The position numbers were made by a program, and so were the translations under genes. Positions 40,439 through 51,479 of a stretch of DNA of 64,000 bases are shown piece by piece. The DNA comes from Eledone cirrhosa (Eukaryota), in the NCBI GenBank assembly GCA_964016885.1, contig OZ024741.1, forward strand, positions 35,898,001 through 35,962,000. The letters run 5' to 3'. Each line of letters opens with the position of its first letter. Within the stretch, counting starts at the first letter, position 1. The notes beneath the pieces were generated by a model. That model made no database searches. It saw only the letters and a list, made by a program, of their open reading frames with translations, and was not told the DNA's origin.

Positions 40439-41717
40439 ATGGAAGCGAGAAAAACTATAGTTAAATTCGATGATAGCTACTGGGTTCGCAAAGATAGACC
40501 TTCTAATTTTGATATCACTATGGGTTCTAATGATTCGGCGGAAGTAACAGATCTTGTGGGAATTTATATCACCCACAGATTACAAGGAAAATTCAAGGAT
40601 CTCCACGGTGGAATTTACCGTGACGATGCGCTCCTATTAGTTAAGCATATGAATAACCAGAATTTAGAAAGGATGCGTAAAAATATCAGAAAACTTTTTA
40701 AAGAACTAGGATTAAATATTACATTTGAATATAACCTCAAAGAGGTCAATTTCCTTGATGTTACTTTCAATCTCAATACAGATACGATTAAACCGTTCCA
40801 TAAACTAAATGAGAACCTTAAATATGTAAATACGAGTTCTAACCATCCACTCTCTATAATTAAATCCATCCCTAGAAATGTTTCTCTTAGAATCTCCCGC
40901 CTATCGTCCAACCAACAAACCTTCAAAGAACATGCCGAGTATTATGATGATGCACTTAGGAAAGCCGGTCACCTAGATAATATAGAGTATATAGTCAATG
41001 ATCACCAAAACACCCAAAATAAATCACATCGGAGTAGAAATAGCACAGAATCACCACCATACATACACTACCGCAATAGACACAATAATAGTCGCACACC
41101 ACCAAACAGAAGGCGATGTAAGGAGTATATCTGGTACAACCCGGTCTATAACAAATCTATTAAAACCAATCTACCCTCAAAATTCTTTCGATTAGTTAGA
41201 AAACACTTTCCAACATCACATAAATATAATAAAATCTTAAACCCTAACACTATTCGACTTTCATATTCAACCGCCCCTAATATTGAACAACATATAAAAA
41301 AGCTTAACGCAAAACGGTTGTATAAACGCCTTCCAACACATAACAATACACGTAAAACATTAGCTATAACATCACAAAACAACAAACAACATCCTGTCCT
41401 ACATAAGCAACCTCATCAACCCATCCATGGCAATACAACAACGCAAAATTGTAATTGCAACTGTGTCCAACCAGGAATGTGTCCGTTGAACAATCAGTGT
41501 CTTGAACGCAACATCGTATACAAATGTACTATCGAATCGGATAGACAGAAGTGGTACTATGTGGGATCTACAGCCACCTCCTTCAAATCACGCCTTTATA
41601 GACATCGTTATTCGATAAAACATGAAAACCAGCGTTATGTAACAACACTCGCAGACAAGGCTTGGCAGCTGCGTGAAAATAACCAACAATTTCACCTAAA
41701 ATGGGATATAATAGCGT

Positions 41718-41749
<32 letters not shown>

Positions 41750-41910
41750 CATATTTCAATGGACAGGAATTTTGTAAATTATGTAATGTAGAATTATTTT
41801 GTATTATGAAATCCAAAAACATTTTATTAAATAACAGAATAGAGCGATCGTTATACTGTAACCATCGCTTAAAATCTACATTTTCATATTATAAATACTA
41901 CCAGGATTGA
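40439..41910 (+). pseudogene. PLE RT + GIY-YIG endonuclease, frameshifted at a C30 run
   Basis: FDITMGSNDSAE, GIYRDDAL, VNFLDV, IWYNP, CNC-x5-CPL-x3-C, IVY...YVG...FKSR. The C-terminus (CKLCNVE...LLN...CNH) continues in another frame after 41721-41750. Confidence 0.88.
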
Positions 41911-42384
41911 ACGCCTGTCTCTATCCCCGTTTGATTGTCAAAATAGATATGAACATTCTTTATTAGTCTTAATTCTATCAACTCTTCTATTATTTACCTT
42001 TTTAATACAAACTGCTATAGATAAAATGAGATTTCTGATTTCTTGATTCAATTCCCTAGTGCATATACCAGCTGGATACTAGCATTGATGTTATTTAGTA
42101 GCAATCGAAATCTCCCCCTTCCCCTATTGACACTTTATAATTAATACTACTGCACCAAATGACCAGCCCTGTCCACTGTCCAGTTGGTCAAGTAGAGATT
42201 AAAATTGGCACTCCCAAAATTCTTATTTAGATTTACTCATGGTATTCTCATTAAAAACCCATTATATACTTGTTTAGCAGTAAATTATTTTACCATCTGT
42301 CATATTCTATCCCCTCTGTTCCTTCCTCTTTTACTAATATAAATACTTCAATTTTTCTGATTTTATCCAGTTTATCCAAAATCT

Positions 42385-42500
42385 CTGAAGAAGTGACAAC
42401 TGATTATACATTTGCTATCGAATACTTGCTAACATTATATGATTACGCAAGCAGCGATACATAGGTATTCGGTCTGTTACAGAAACATATGTCAATACCT
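42385..42500 (+). ncRNA. Hammerhead-like motif in the PLE pseudo-LTR (mirror copy 39876-39991, -)
   Basis: CTGAAGA a gtgaca...tgttac a GAAA catatg TC; long stem II insert; stem I does not pair convincingly. Confidence 0.45.
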
Positions 42501-42903
42501 AATAAATTCCTTTTTTAACAAAAGCACTTTCATTTTATATTCATCCTTTCTATATATATATGTATATATATGTGTGTGTGTACATATATATATATGTATA
42601 TATATGTGTGTGTGTATATATGTATATATATATATATGTGTGTATATAATATGTGAAGGCGAGACACGTGAAGATTTGTGTCTGTACAAAAGATAATGAA
42701 GTATTTATGCGGCTGTGTCCATGAGTTACGATAGGGGGGGGGGTAGATACATTAATTAGATTAGTGAGAGAGAGAGTGTGATGAGATGTGAAAAGTTTAG
42801 AAGTATCAAGAAAAAGTAAGGAGCTCATATAGGGAGGTAGATCTAAGGAAACATCTATATTGGAACTGATATATATATATATATAACACTTGAAATAGTA
42901 GGA

Positions 42904-42905
<2 letters not shown>

Positions 42906-42996
<91 letters not shown>
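42906..42996. repeat. (TA)n microsatellite (one of dozens in the window)
   Basis: Direct observation. Confidence 0.98.
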
Positions 42997-42999
<3 letters not shown>

Positions 43000-43240
43000 C
43001 GTTTCTGAATTTGTTTAGCAAGATTCTTTATCTGAAAACGTGTGTTGAAACCGATATTGTTATACTTTGGGAGGGTCATGTTGCCAATGGAACCAACCAA
43101 CCAACTGGAAATTTATAAATTCTTAAATTTATAAATTTAATTTATAATAAATTGGAGTGAAATAACTGGTGCGTGTGTTTCTTATTGGCAACATGACCCT
43201 CCCAAAGTATAACAATATATATATATATATAGATAGATAT

Positions 43241-43293
<53 letters not shown>

Positions 43294-43294
<1 letters not shown>

Positions 43295-46200
43295 TTCTTT
43301 ATTTACCATAAAGGCATAAAAAGAAGGGACAAATACAAAGGGGGAGTTTACATATAATCGAGTAAAAAGGGTGTAACATGAAAACAATCGAAAATAACCT
43401 CAAAAAGGAGGGGACGTGATGGGGGTTGCACACACCCCCGAAAAAGTGTGCAATCCTTTGCCCGGGGAGCACATGGAGAAGGTGCTCCCCTCTCCTTTAC
43501 TTCTTTACCTACAGGATGGTATACAGAGAAGGCCCATTTACACGAGCCATTCTCGCCACTATCACCCACCTTTCATAAAACTGCCTGTGGCCAAGCACCT
43601 CTCTCTCCATTCTTATCCTTCTTCCGAAGTGATATCGGAAGAAGTAGACCAGACTATGGCCAGAGAGGAAGTTGCCTGACCTCAGACCTTTCAATCGTGT
43701 CCACCAAACAACCTCTTTCAACATGGCTATTACGCACAGAAAAACCGCCTTTGCTTCCTTTGTGAAGAGGGGGGGGGGGTTGATTGTCATCACGGACTCG
43801 GCGGTCAATTTAATCGGCGCCACCCGCGACAGCAGTCGTTCGGCGTAGCCCCACAGATCAGCCACGCCCGGACATTGCACCAATGCGTGCGCAACGGTTT
43901 CTTCGTGACGCACGCATCTAGGGCAAATCTTTTTTGAGGGATCCCTGCCCGGGCGCCCGTGTCTGTAGAGCCTCTCTCGAACGGGTAGAGCCCCCCGGTA
44001 GCACTGCCAGGCCAGTGACTTCTGGAAGTTGTCCATTGGTCCTGGGCCGAAAGTCCTACCGAACAGGCTGGCCAGTTCGTCTTCTTCCATGTCCAGCGAC
44101 TCTCCAAGGGTGTCATTGCCCCTGCTAGCCACCAGCCCTCTATAGAATGATGAGGTGGATTCTCCACCGATGGCCTGGCCCGCTTGCCAGAGAGCCCTGA
44201 GCGTCTGAGCACACTCAGTGTGCCAGTCTCCCAGTTTTCCGGATCTTTGCTTGACCCAGGACTGTAGCTCGGTGAGCGAGACGAGTCTCGGAAAGGCTCG
44301 TTTCACGAACGGAGCCCACACCGGTTGACCAGTGAGGAATACCTGTAGGTGCCGTAGCCTTAATGCGTGCCTACGCATCATCAACCACGGCATCCCCAGC
44401 CCTCCTTTCGAAGGTTGTTGGCAGCAGATGGATCTTCTCACCATAGGAGGGCGCTTCTTCCAAAGAAATTGGAAGAGCATGCGTTCCATGGTGGTGAGTG
44501 TTTCCTTAGGGCAAGGCACGACAGTCAGGCGGTAGTAAGTGACGGACGCTATGTAAATGTTCGCCACCTCCGCCCGGCCTTTTAGGGACAGCTTACACTT
44601 GGCCCATTTCTGGGTTAGTGCAAACACCTTGTTCGTAACCTCGTTCCAGTTCTTTTCCACCTGGAGGTCCGGTCCAAACCAGACCCCAAGCAACTTTACC
44701 GGGCCCTCCGTCCAGTGTCCGACGACACCGTCAGGAGGCATCGGTCTGCCTCTCCACGTTCCGAGTTGCAGCCCGATGGATTTTTCCCGGTTCAGTTTCG
44801 CTCCTGACAACCTTTCGTACTCCTCCAGTAAGGTACCGATCGCCTCGATCTCCGAGTCGGTCGATAACATTACTGTTACGTCATCGGCGTAGGCCGACAC
44901 CGCTTTGCTCAATCCTGGTTCCAGGGGGATACCCTGCAACAACTCCAACTTCCTCAGTAAAGGCTCGAGAGTCAATACGTACAGAAGGGAGGAGAGAGGG
45001 CACCCCTGTCGAATGGATCGTGTGATTTCGAACGGCTTCGAAAGGTAGCCGTTCACCTTGATCCTAGAACAGATGTGGTTGCTATGTAAGGCAGTTATCC
45101 AGCCTCTGAAAACAGGACCGAACCCAGCCGCCGCTAGCACCGCATCCAGGTAACCATGGTCGACCCTATCGAAGGCCTTAGACTGATCCAAGTTGATCAG
45201 GGCCCCACCGAAGCCGGGTTTGTTGCCAACCCTCTCTATGATGTATCGCATGAGGTGGAGGTTATCGTGAATGGACCTGGATGGGATAGCACATGTCTGC
45301 GCATCTCCCACCAGGCCACCCACGACAAGCGCCAACCTCTTTGCTAACACCTTGGCCAAAATCTTTAACTCTGTGTTTAGCAGGGTTATGGGCCGAAAAT
45401 TATTTATACTATCCCCCTTGTTCTCGTCCTTCCTCACCAGCGTGACTACGCCCTTGGCTACAGAACAAGGAATTCTCCCGTTCTGCTGCCAATTGCAGTA
45501 GACCGCTTCGAGGAGTTCGGAGAAGAAGACCGGCATTGCTAAATAAAGTTCGTAAGGTATACCATCGAGACCTGGAGATTTGCGTCTGCTGCATTGGCTC
45601 AGCGCATCTCCGATCTCATCAGCCGAGATTGGTCCCTCGCAGGACTCTGCCTCTTCGCTCGAGAGACGCGGCAGGCCGTCGAGGTATGGACCGAAATCCA
45701 CGCCCCCGCCCGGACCCTCGCCTCCCCCGAACAATCGGGCAAAGTGCCTTTGAAAGGCCTCGCACATCTGCTTAGGCTCCCGGATCACCCGTCCATCTTC
45801 GTCTTGCAACGACCGGATGGTGGATCGATTTCCACTCTTAGCTTCTGTCACGCGGGCCCAGCCAACGGCTTTGGCCCCCTCATTACCTAGAGCACGTATT
45901 TTACTTCGAATGACGCAGCCTTCGTGCTTTGCATCGAAAAACTGGTTCAAGGCCGTCCTCGATGCCAGCACTCTGGCCACATCTTCGCTCTTGATTGCCT
46001 CTTCTAATTTACCTGTTAATTCTTTCTCGTTTCTATTCCTATCGGCAGCTAACATCTTGCTATAACTTATTGATTCTGTTCTAATCTCTCTTTTGAGAGA
46101 TGCCCTCCATCGGTTGTTGACGATTGCACCCGTCAACCTCTCCTTAACTAATCTGCTAATCCGGTTTCTGTAAGTCTCTTTTGCCGGTAAAGACAAATTA

Positions 46201-46340
46201 AGTTTCCAGTAACCGGGACCCTGTCTATGTGTTTTCTCGAGATTGACCACGCAGGTCACTAATTTGTGATCCGTGTAGCCAACCGTGCGCATTTCTGGAC
46301 AGCTTAATATGTCCCTATCCTTACTTCTAACTAAGAATCT
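43294..46340 (-). mobile_element. Tx1/L1-clade LINE, 5'-truncated, inserted in (GATA)n
   Basis: One 927-aa ORF; the 3' end ggtaaataaagaa runs into (ATCT)n; (TAGA)n on both flanks (43229-43293, 46345-46378). Confidence 0.92.
43509..46292 (-). CDS. Tx1/L1 ORF2 (end of APE, RT, C-terminal CCHC knuckle)
   Basis: TDHK, GYWKLN, KSPGLDG, FRPITLLN, DQSKAFDRV, IRQGCPLS, AYADD, GGLG and CPRC-x4-ETVAH-x4-C. Confidence 0.93.
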   Translation of the reverse strand: MRTVGYTDHKLVTCVVNLEKTHRQGPGYWKLNLSLPAKETYRNRISRLVKERLTGAIVNNRWRASLKREIRTESISYSKMLAADRNRNEKELTGKLEEAIKSEDVARVLASRTALNQFFDAKHEGCVIRSKIRALGNEGAKAVGWARVTEAKSGNRSTIRSLQDEDGRVIREPKQMCEAFQRHFARLFGGGEGPGGGVDFGPYLDGLPRLSSEEAESCEGPISADEIGDALSQCSRRKSPGLDGIPYELYLAMPVFFSELLEAVYCNWQQNGRIPCSVAKGVVTLVRKDENKGDSINNFRPITLLNTELKILAKVLAKRLALVVGGLVGDAQTCAIPSRSIHDNLHLMRYIIERVGNKPGFGGALINLDQSKAFDRVDHGYLDAVLAAAGFGPVFRGWITALHSNHICSRIKVNGYLSKPFEITRSIRQGCPLSSLLYVLTLEPLLRKLELLQGIPLEPGLSKAVSAYADDVTVMLSTDSEIEAIGTLLEEYERLSGAKLNREKSIGLQLGTWRGRPMPPDGVVGHWTEGPVKLLGVWFGPDLQVEKNWNEVTNKVFALTQKWAKCKLSLKGRAEVANIYIASVTYYRLTVVPCPKETLTTMERMLFQFLWKKRPPMVRRSICCQQPSKGGLGMPWLMMRRHALRLRHLQVFLTGQPVWAPFVKRAFPRLVSLTELQSWVKQRSGKLGDWHTECAQTLRALWQAGQAIGGESTSSFYRGLVASRGNDTLGESLDMEEDELASLFGRTFGPGPMDNFQKSLAWQCYRGALPVRERLYRHGRPGRDPSKKICPRCVRHEETVAHALVQCPGVADLWGYAERLLSRVAPIKLTAESVMTINPPPLFTKEAKAVFLCVIAMLKEVVWWTRLKGLRSGNFLSGHSLVYFFRYHFGRRIRMEREVLGHRQFYERWVIVARMARVNGPSLYTIL

Positions 46341-46343
46341 TAT

Positions 46344-46378
<35 letters not shown>

Positions 46379-46529
46379 TGTGTGTGTGTGTGTGTGTGTA
46401 GAAGTTCTATTTAAATTGTTGGGATACAACAAGCAAATATTTTTATAACTGATATAAAGCACTCAACAAATTATTGGAGTAAAAATACGATATATTAACA
46501 AATGGAAACTACATTTATAAAACTATATT

Positions 46530-46594
46530 TATTTCATTATACATATTTCAAGGACACCAAGTTAAATTATGGTGTGCTTTCATCAGATAAAATA
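46530..46594 (-). ncRNA. Type I hammerhead ribozyme motif (mirror copy in the other palindrome arm)
   Basis: Reverse complement of 46724-46788. Confidence 0.75.
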
Positions 46595-46723
46595 TAATAT
46601 AGAGCAGTTTTATAAATAAATATTGACATACCCTTAAAGAATGTGACCATTTCTGTTGGAAACAGAAATGGTCGCATTCTTTAAGGGTATGTCAATATTT
46701 ATTTATAAAACTGCTCTATATTA

Positions 46724-46788
46724 TATTTTATCTGATGAAAGCACACCATAATTTAACTTGGTGTCCTTGAAATATGTATAATGAAATA
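46724..46788 (+). ncRNA. Type I hammerhead ribozyme motif
   Basis: tattttat CTGATGA aag-c-acacca...tggtgt-c-ctt GAAA tatgta TA atgaaata. Confidence 0.75.
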
Positions 46789-46890
46789 AATATGGTTTTA
46801 TAAATGTAGTTTCCATTTGTTAATATATCGTATATATATATATATATATATCATAACACTGTATATTTTTAAAAATAGCATATATTTTCA

Positions 46891-46995
46891 CTAGCTCTGA
46901 CAGTTGGCAGGTGAACAGTGAACTGTACTGATGAAGGGTAATACTCAGAAACATTAGTGTCTGCAGTTCTGTTTACATGCCAACACAAGAGCCAG
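46891..46995 (+). ncRNA. Type I hammerhead ribozyme with long stem I
   Basis: gaactgta CTGATGA a gggt aat actc a GAAA cat ta gtg TC tgcagttc; stem I extends through gtgaaca/tgtttac, gttggca/tgccaac and ctagctct/agagccag. Confidence 0.78.
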
Positions 46996-47143
46996 AATGA
47001 GGGGCTCATTCTACTGACATGGCTTTAAAAATGAGGCTTGTTTGCATAATTGCAAACAAATCGAATATTATTATTAATATTCAAAAAACTCAGCTTACAT
47101 TTATTGTATTCAGTCATGAAGAGCGAAAAAATGTTTTTTTCTA

Positions 47144-47171
<28 letters not shown>

Positions 47172-47174
<3 letters not shown>

Positions 47175-47690
47175 AGGTATTAGGATTGGTGCTCTGTAAT
47201 AGCGATGTATACATGAATGTATGTAGAGTATATTTGGCAATATACTGTATGTTTAATTAAAAACATTTTGAAGACCATACGCTATTGTTTTAAAGTAGTG
47301 ACTATGTCACTTACTTCTTCTCGTCAAAAGAAGAGAAGCTGACAGTCTGTTTCACGTTGTTGGCGATCATCAGAGCCACGCACTCCCTGCTTCCACCGAA
47401 AATTATAGAAGCTGGATTCTTATAGAATTCCAGTAATAATTGTTTCTACTTTAGGCACAAGGCCAGCAATTACCCAGGGCATTACTGGTACTTTATTTTA
47501 TCGACCCCTAGGAGCTGATTATACAGAGCGATTGCCGGTCCACCAAAAATTAGGTATTAGGGTTGGTGCTCTGTAATAGCGATGTATACATGAATGTATG
47601 TAGAGTATATTTTGCAATATACCGTATGTTTAATTAAAAACATTTTGAAGACCATACGCTATCAGTTTTAAAGTAGTGACTATGTCACTT
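47172..47690 (-). repeat. About 141-bp direct repeat flanking a hammerhead motif (partial-tandem pLTR-like)
   Basis: 47172-47312 and 47549-47690 are nearly identical. Confidence 0.75.
47337..47377 (-). ncRNA. Minimal hammerhead motif
   Basis: ggct CTGATGA t cg ccaacaa cg t GAAA cagactg TC agct; stems are short. Confidence 0.55.
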
Positions 47691-47837
47691 CTTTTCGGCG
47701 AAAGATATATATATATATATACATATAGTAATAATAATAAATTTGAAGACTAAAATCCAAAGAGGGCTCGATAAGGATAAATATATATAAAATATATAAG
47801 AACCCTAGAGCAAATATTTATTAAAACAACAGATTAA

Positions 47838-47885
47838 AGTTTAAGCAAAGAATCGCTGCTTTCACCCTTAACGGGATCTTCAGAA
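47838..47885 (-). ncRNA. Hammerhead motif, stem I clipped by a local inversion
   Basis: tt CTGAAGA t ccc gttaa ggg t GAAA gca...tgc TT aaact; inverted arms at 47841-47869 / 47884-47912. Confidence 0.55.
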
Positions 47886-48054
47886 GGGTGAAAGCAGCGA
47901 TTCTTTGCTTAAATCTGTTATTTTAATAAATATATATATAAATATTGAAGAAGTAAAAGTCCCCGTCTAACCCACGTTAGCGTGGAAGAATGGATGTAAA
48001 ACGGTAATGATGATGATGATGATATATATCATTTATATATATATATATATATAT

Positions 48055-51000
48055 CAGCAATAACACTAACCATGTTAGGGCTGCGCACGGTAGTGGGGTG
48101 GCTGGAGCGGCCATGTGCGAGAACCCCCCGACCGTCATCAAGCAATCGCACAACAACAACTGCATAAACAGCAATAACACTAACCATGTTAGGGCTGCGC
48201 ACGGTAGTGGGGTGGCTAGTGAGGCCATGTGCGTCATCAAGCAATCGCACAACAGAAAAAAGAACAAGAATATGAAGACGTCGCATCTCAGAGTTGCCAC
48301 ACTTAATGTTGGCACTCTAACAGGTAGATCTGATGAGATAGTGGAGATGCTGGAGAGAAGGCATATGGATGTGTGCTGCGTGCAAGAGGTGAGATGGAGA
48401 GATGCCTCTGCAAGACTAATCGCAGACAAACATCTTAATTATAAGCTTTTCTGGGTGGGTAATGATGATGGGTTAGGTGGGATAGGCATAGTACTGGCTG
48501 AGAGATGGATCGATAAAACAATAGAGGTAGTTAGAGTTAGTAATAGAATAATTAAGCTTAGATTAGTTGTAGGCAAGAGACTACTGACAATCATCTCTGC
48601 CTATGCTCCCCAGGCAGGCCTAGGTAAAGAAGAGAAAGACTGCTTTTACAAACAACTTTTACAAACAGCCTCAATGACAGAAGACAGAGACATCATTATG
48701 CTAGCAGGGGACTTCAATGGTCATGTTGGACAGGATGGATACACTGGGGTACATGGTGGGCACGGTTACGGCTCAAGAAATGAAGAAGGAGTGAGGCTTC
48801 TTGAATTGTGTGATGCAAGTGCACTAACCATTTCCAACACTAACTTCCAGAAACCTACCAACCACATAATAACCTACAAATCAGCGAGACAGACAGATGG
48901 TGTCAAATACTAAAGCATAACCCAGGGAAGAATGTACCCCCACAACATAGGTCAGTCGTTAGTGACATCTCAGTAAGCAAGAGACAGAATGAGACATACA
49001 GGAAGGTGTGGTAAAGAAAGGTCTGGAAGCTAAAAGACCTTTCACTAAAATATAAATTTAGGAAAGCCCTTCAAGATGTGTATGACGAAAAAGAAGACGA
49101 TTTAGAGTTGTATGACATAGATGATAACTGGAATTTCTTACGTGACAACTTACTGCAGGCTACTGAAGAAACTTGTGGCTGGGGCAGAGCTTCAACCAGC
49201 CAGAGAGTGACCTGGTGGTGGAACAGCACGGTAGATAGGACCATTAGAGACAAAAGACTAGCGTGGAAGGCTTGGAAAAAGGGTGGGAGTAGAGAAGGAT
49301 ATACAGCCGCTAAGAGAGAAGCTAGACGTCAGGTGTACTTAGTATGCAGGGAGGCTGAGAGTAAGAGGTTTGCCAATGTTCTGTGACGGGAAGATCAGAG
49401 ATGTGAGTGTGTCAGTGCAAATCAGGATGTTGCTGGAGATAAGTGTGTCCGGAATGATACCGGTGTACTTAGTGTCACGAATGATCAAAAAAAGGAGGCC
49501 TGGAAATGTCATTATGAGAGACTGATGAATATGGAGAACGAATGGGAGAGAGAGAAATTACCCCCAGTAGACCCGACAGAGGGACCAGCTATTGAAATTG
49601 ACTAATATAGGGTACAAGAGGCAATTAAGGAAATGAAGAATGGTAAGGCTGCTGGACCGTCGGAGATAGTTGTTGAGATGCTGAAGGCATCAGGAGAAGT
49701 AGGCACTAAACTGGTTGCACGCATCATCAATCAAGCTATATAAGGTGGTGTCATACCCAAAGACTGGTGCAGCAGTATTCTCATAAATTGCTACAAGGGC
49801 AAAGGGGATGCTCTGGAGAGGAGCAATTATAGGGGCATAAAGCTGATGGATCAGGTTATGAAAGTGGCAGAAAGGATTTTAGCACAACTAATTAGAGAAA
49901 GGGTCAAATTAGATGAGATCTAGTTTGGTTTTGTGCCTGGGAAAAGTACAACAGATGCCCTCTTCTTAGTGAGACAACTACAAGAGAGGTTCTTAGAGAA
50001 GAATAAGCCACTATACTTAGCTTTTGTTGACCTAGAGAAGGCCTTTGATAGGGTACCCCAATCTGTCATCTGGTGGTCCCTAAGGAAACTAGGTGTATAG
50101 GAATGGCTTGAGGACAGTGCAAGCTATGTACAGAGGTGTTGTCAGTAAAGTGAGAGTAGGAATGGAGTTTAGTGAGGAATTCCAGATACAAGTAGGTGTA
50201 CATCAGGGTTCGGTCCTCAGCCCGCTCTTGTTCATTATAGTCCTCCAAGCCATAACAAAGGAGTTTAAGACTGGCTTCCCATGTGAACTTCTCTATGCTG
50301 ATGATCTGGTTCTTATAGCAGAATCAGTAGAGGAACTAGAGAATAAATTCTGGCTATGGAAACAGCAGTTGGAATCAAGAAGACTGAGAGTGAACATAGC
50401 TAAAACAAAAGTGTTGATGAGTAGAAAAGAGGACAAAACTCTGATTCCGTCAGGGAAATGGCCATGTTCGATATGCAGAAAAGGAACTGGCATAAATTCC
50501 ATAAAATTTACGCAATGCAGATCTTGGGTACACAAGAGATGTAGTGGGATAGCAGGTAAACTAACAGGAAGGGAAAAATACGTATGCAGTAGATGTACAG
50601 GGAAAGTTGGCAGTAGTAATCGCAGTGATAGACACATTTTTCCAATGCAGGTGGGTTCTATAGAAGTGGTTGATAGCTTCCGGTACCTAGGTGATCAGAT
50701 TAGCATGGGAGGGGGTGTTCCGAAGCCATAGTATCTATAATAAGGACGGATTGGAAGACGTTTAGGGAGCTGCTTCCTCTGTTGACAAAGAAAGGTTTCT
50801 CTCTGCGTACGAAAGGGCGGTTATATGATGCCTGTGTGAGATTCGCGATGCTGCATGATAGTGAGACGGCTGGAGAGAAATGAAGCAAGTATGCTCCGTT
50901 GGATGTGCAATGTCAATGTGCATGAACGACCAAGCATAGATGAGTTGAGAAAGCAACTGGGTATAAGAGGGATAAGTTGTAGTGTGCATGAGAGAAGAAT

Positions 51001-51246
51001 GAGATGGTATGGACAAGTGATGCGCATGGAGGATCACCGATGGGTAACGAAGTGCCAAGAAATCCCAGTAGAAGGAAGACCACGAAAAACATTGGTGGGG
51101 GTGGTGAGAGCTGACCTCAGATCGCTGAAACTCACGGAGGAGATGACGAAGGACCGTGACAAGTGGAGAAATGCTGTGCTGAATAGGACCCGTCCTACCC
51201 TTGTAAGCAGAGAAAAGGGGACGTAAAATGATGATGATGATGATGA
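48055..51246 (+). mobile_element. RTE-clade LINE, second subfamily, near full length but inactivated
   Basis: ORF pieces 48098-48913 (VATLNVGTL, CVQEVRW, GDFNGH), 49078-49386, 50093-50731 (LYADD) and 50855-51226, broken by stops and frameshifts; (GAT)n tail. Confidence 0.92.
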
Positions 51247-51333
51247 TCTTCCTACTATTTAGGCGTTAAACTAATATATTTCTTCCATGTACTGTGTCAT
51301 TTGTTTTGTTATTTTTGTTATTTATGTTTTACC

Positions 51334-51408
<75 letters not shown>

Positions 51409-51479
51409 ATCATCGTTTTACGTCCATTTTTCCACGCTAGCATGAGTTAGACAAGTTATCCTAAAGAAAAGCTTAGGTA

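Larger units (their letters stand above)
39715..42552 (+). mobile_element. Penelope-like element (Naiad-type) with 249-bp inverted pseudo-LTRs, in (TA)n
   Basis: Inverted repeat 39824-40072 / 42304-42552, extra 109-nt tail at 39715-39823, RT + GIY-YIG ORF, (TA)n on both sides. Confidence 0.9.
46399..46832. mobile_element. Fold-back PLE-type insert: 172-bp arms, 3-nt loop, about 87-nt tail
   Basis: 46486-46657 / 46661-46832 are near-perfect reverse complements. Related minus-strand pieces lie at 35998-36143 and 36163-36520. Confidence 0.8.

Noticed and set aside
40439-41910. Selenocysteine recoding as reported for some Naiad PLEs
   Set aside because: No in-frame TGA within the coding region and no SECIS recognised by eye.
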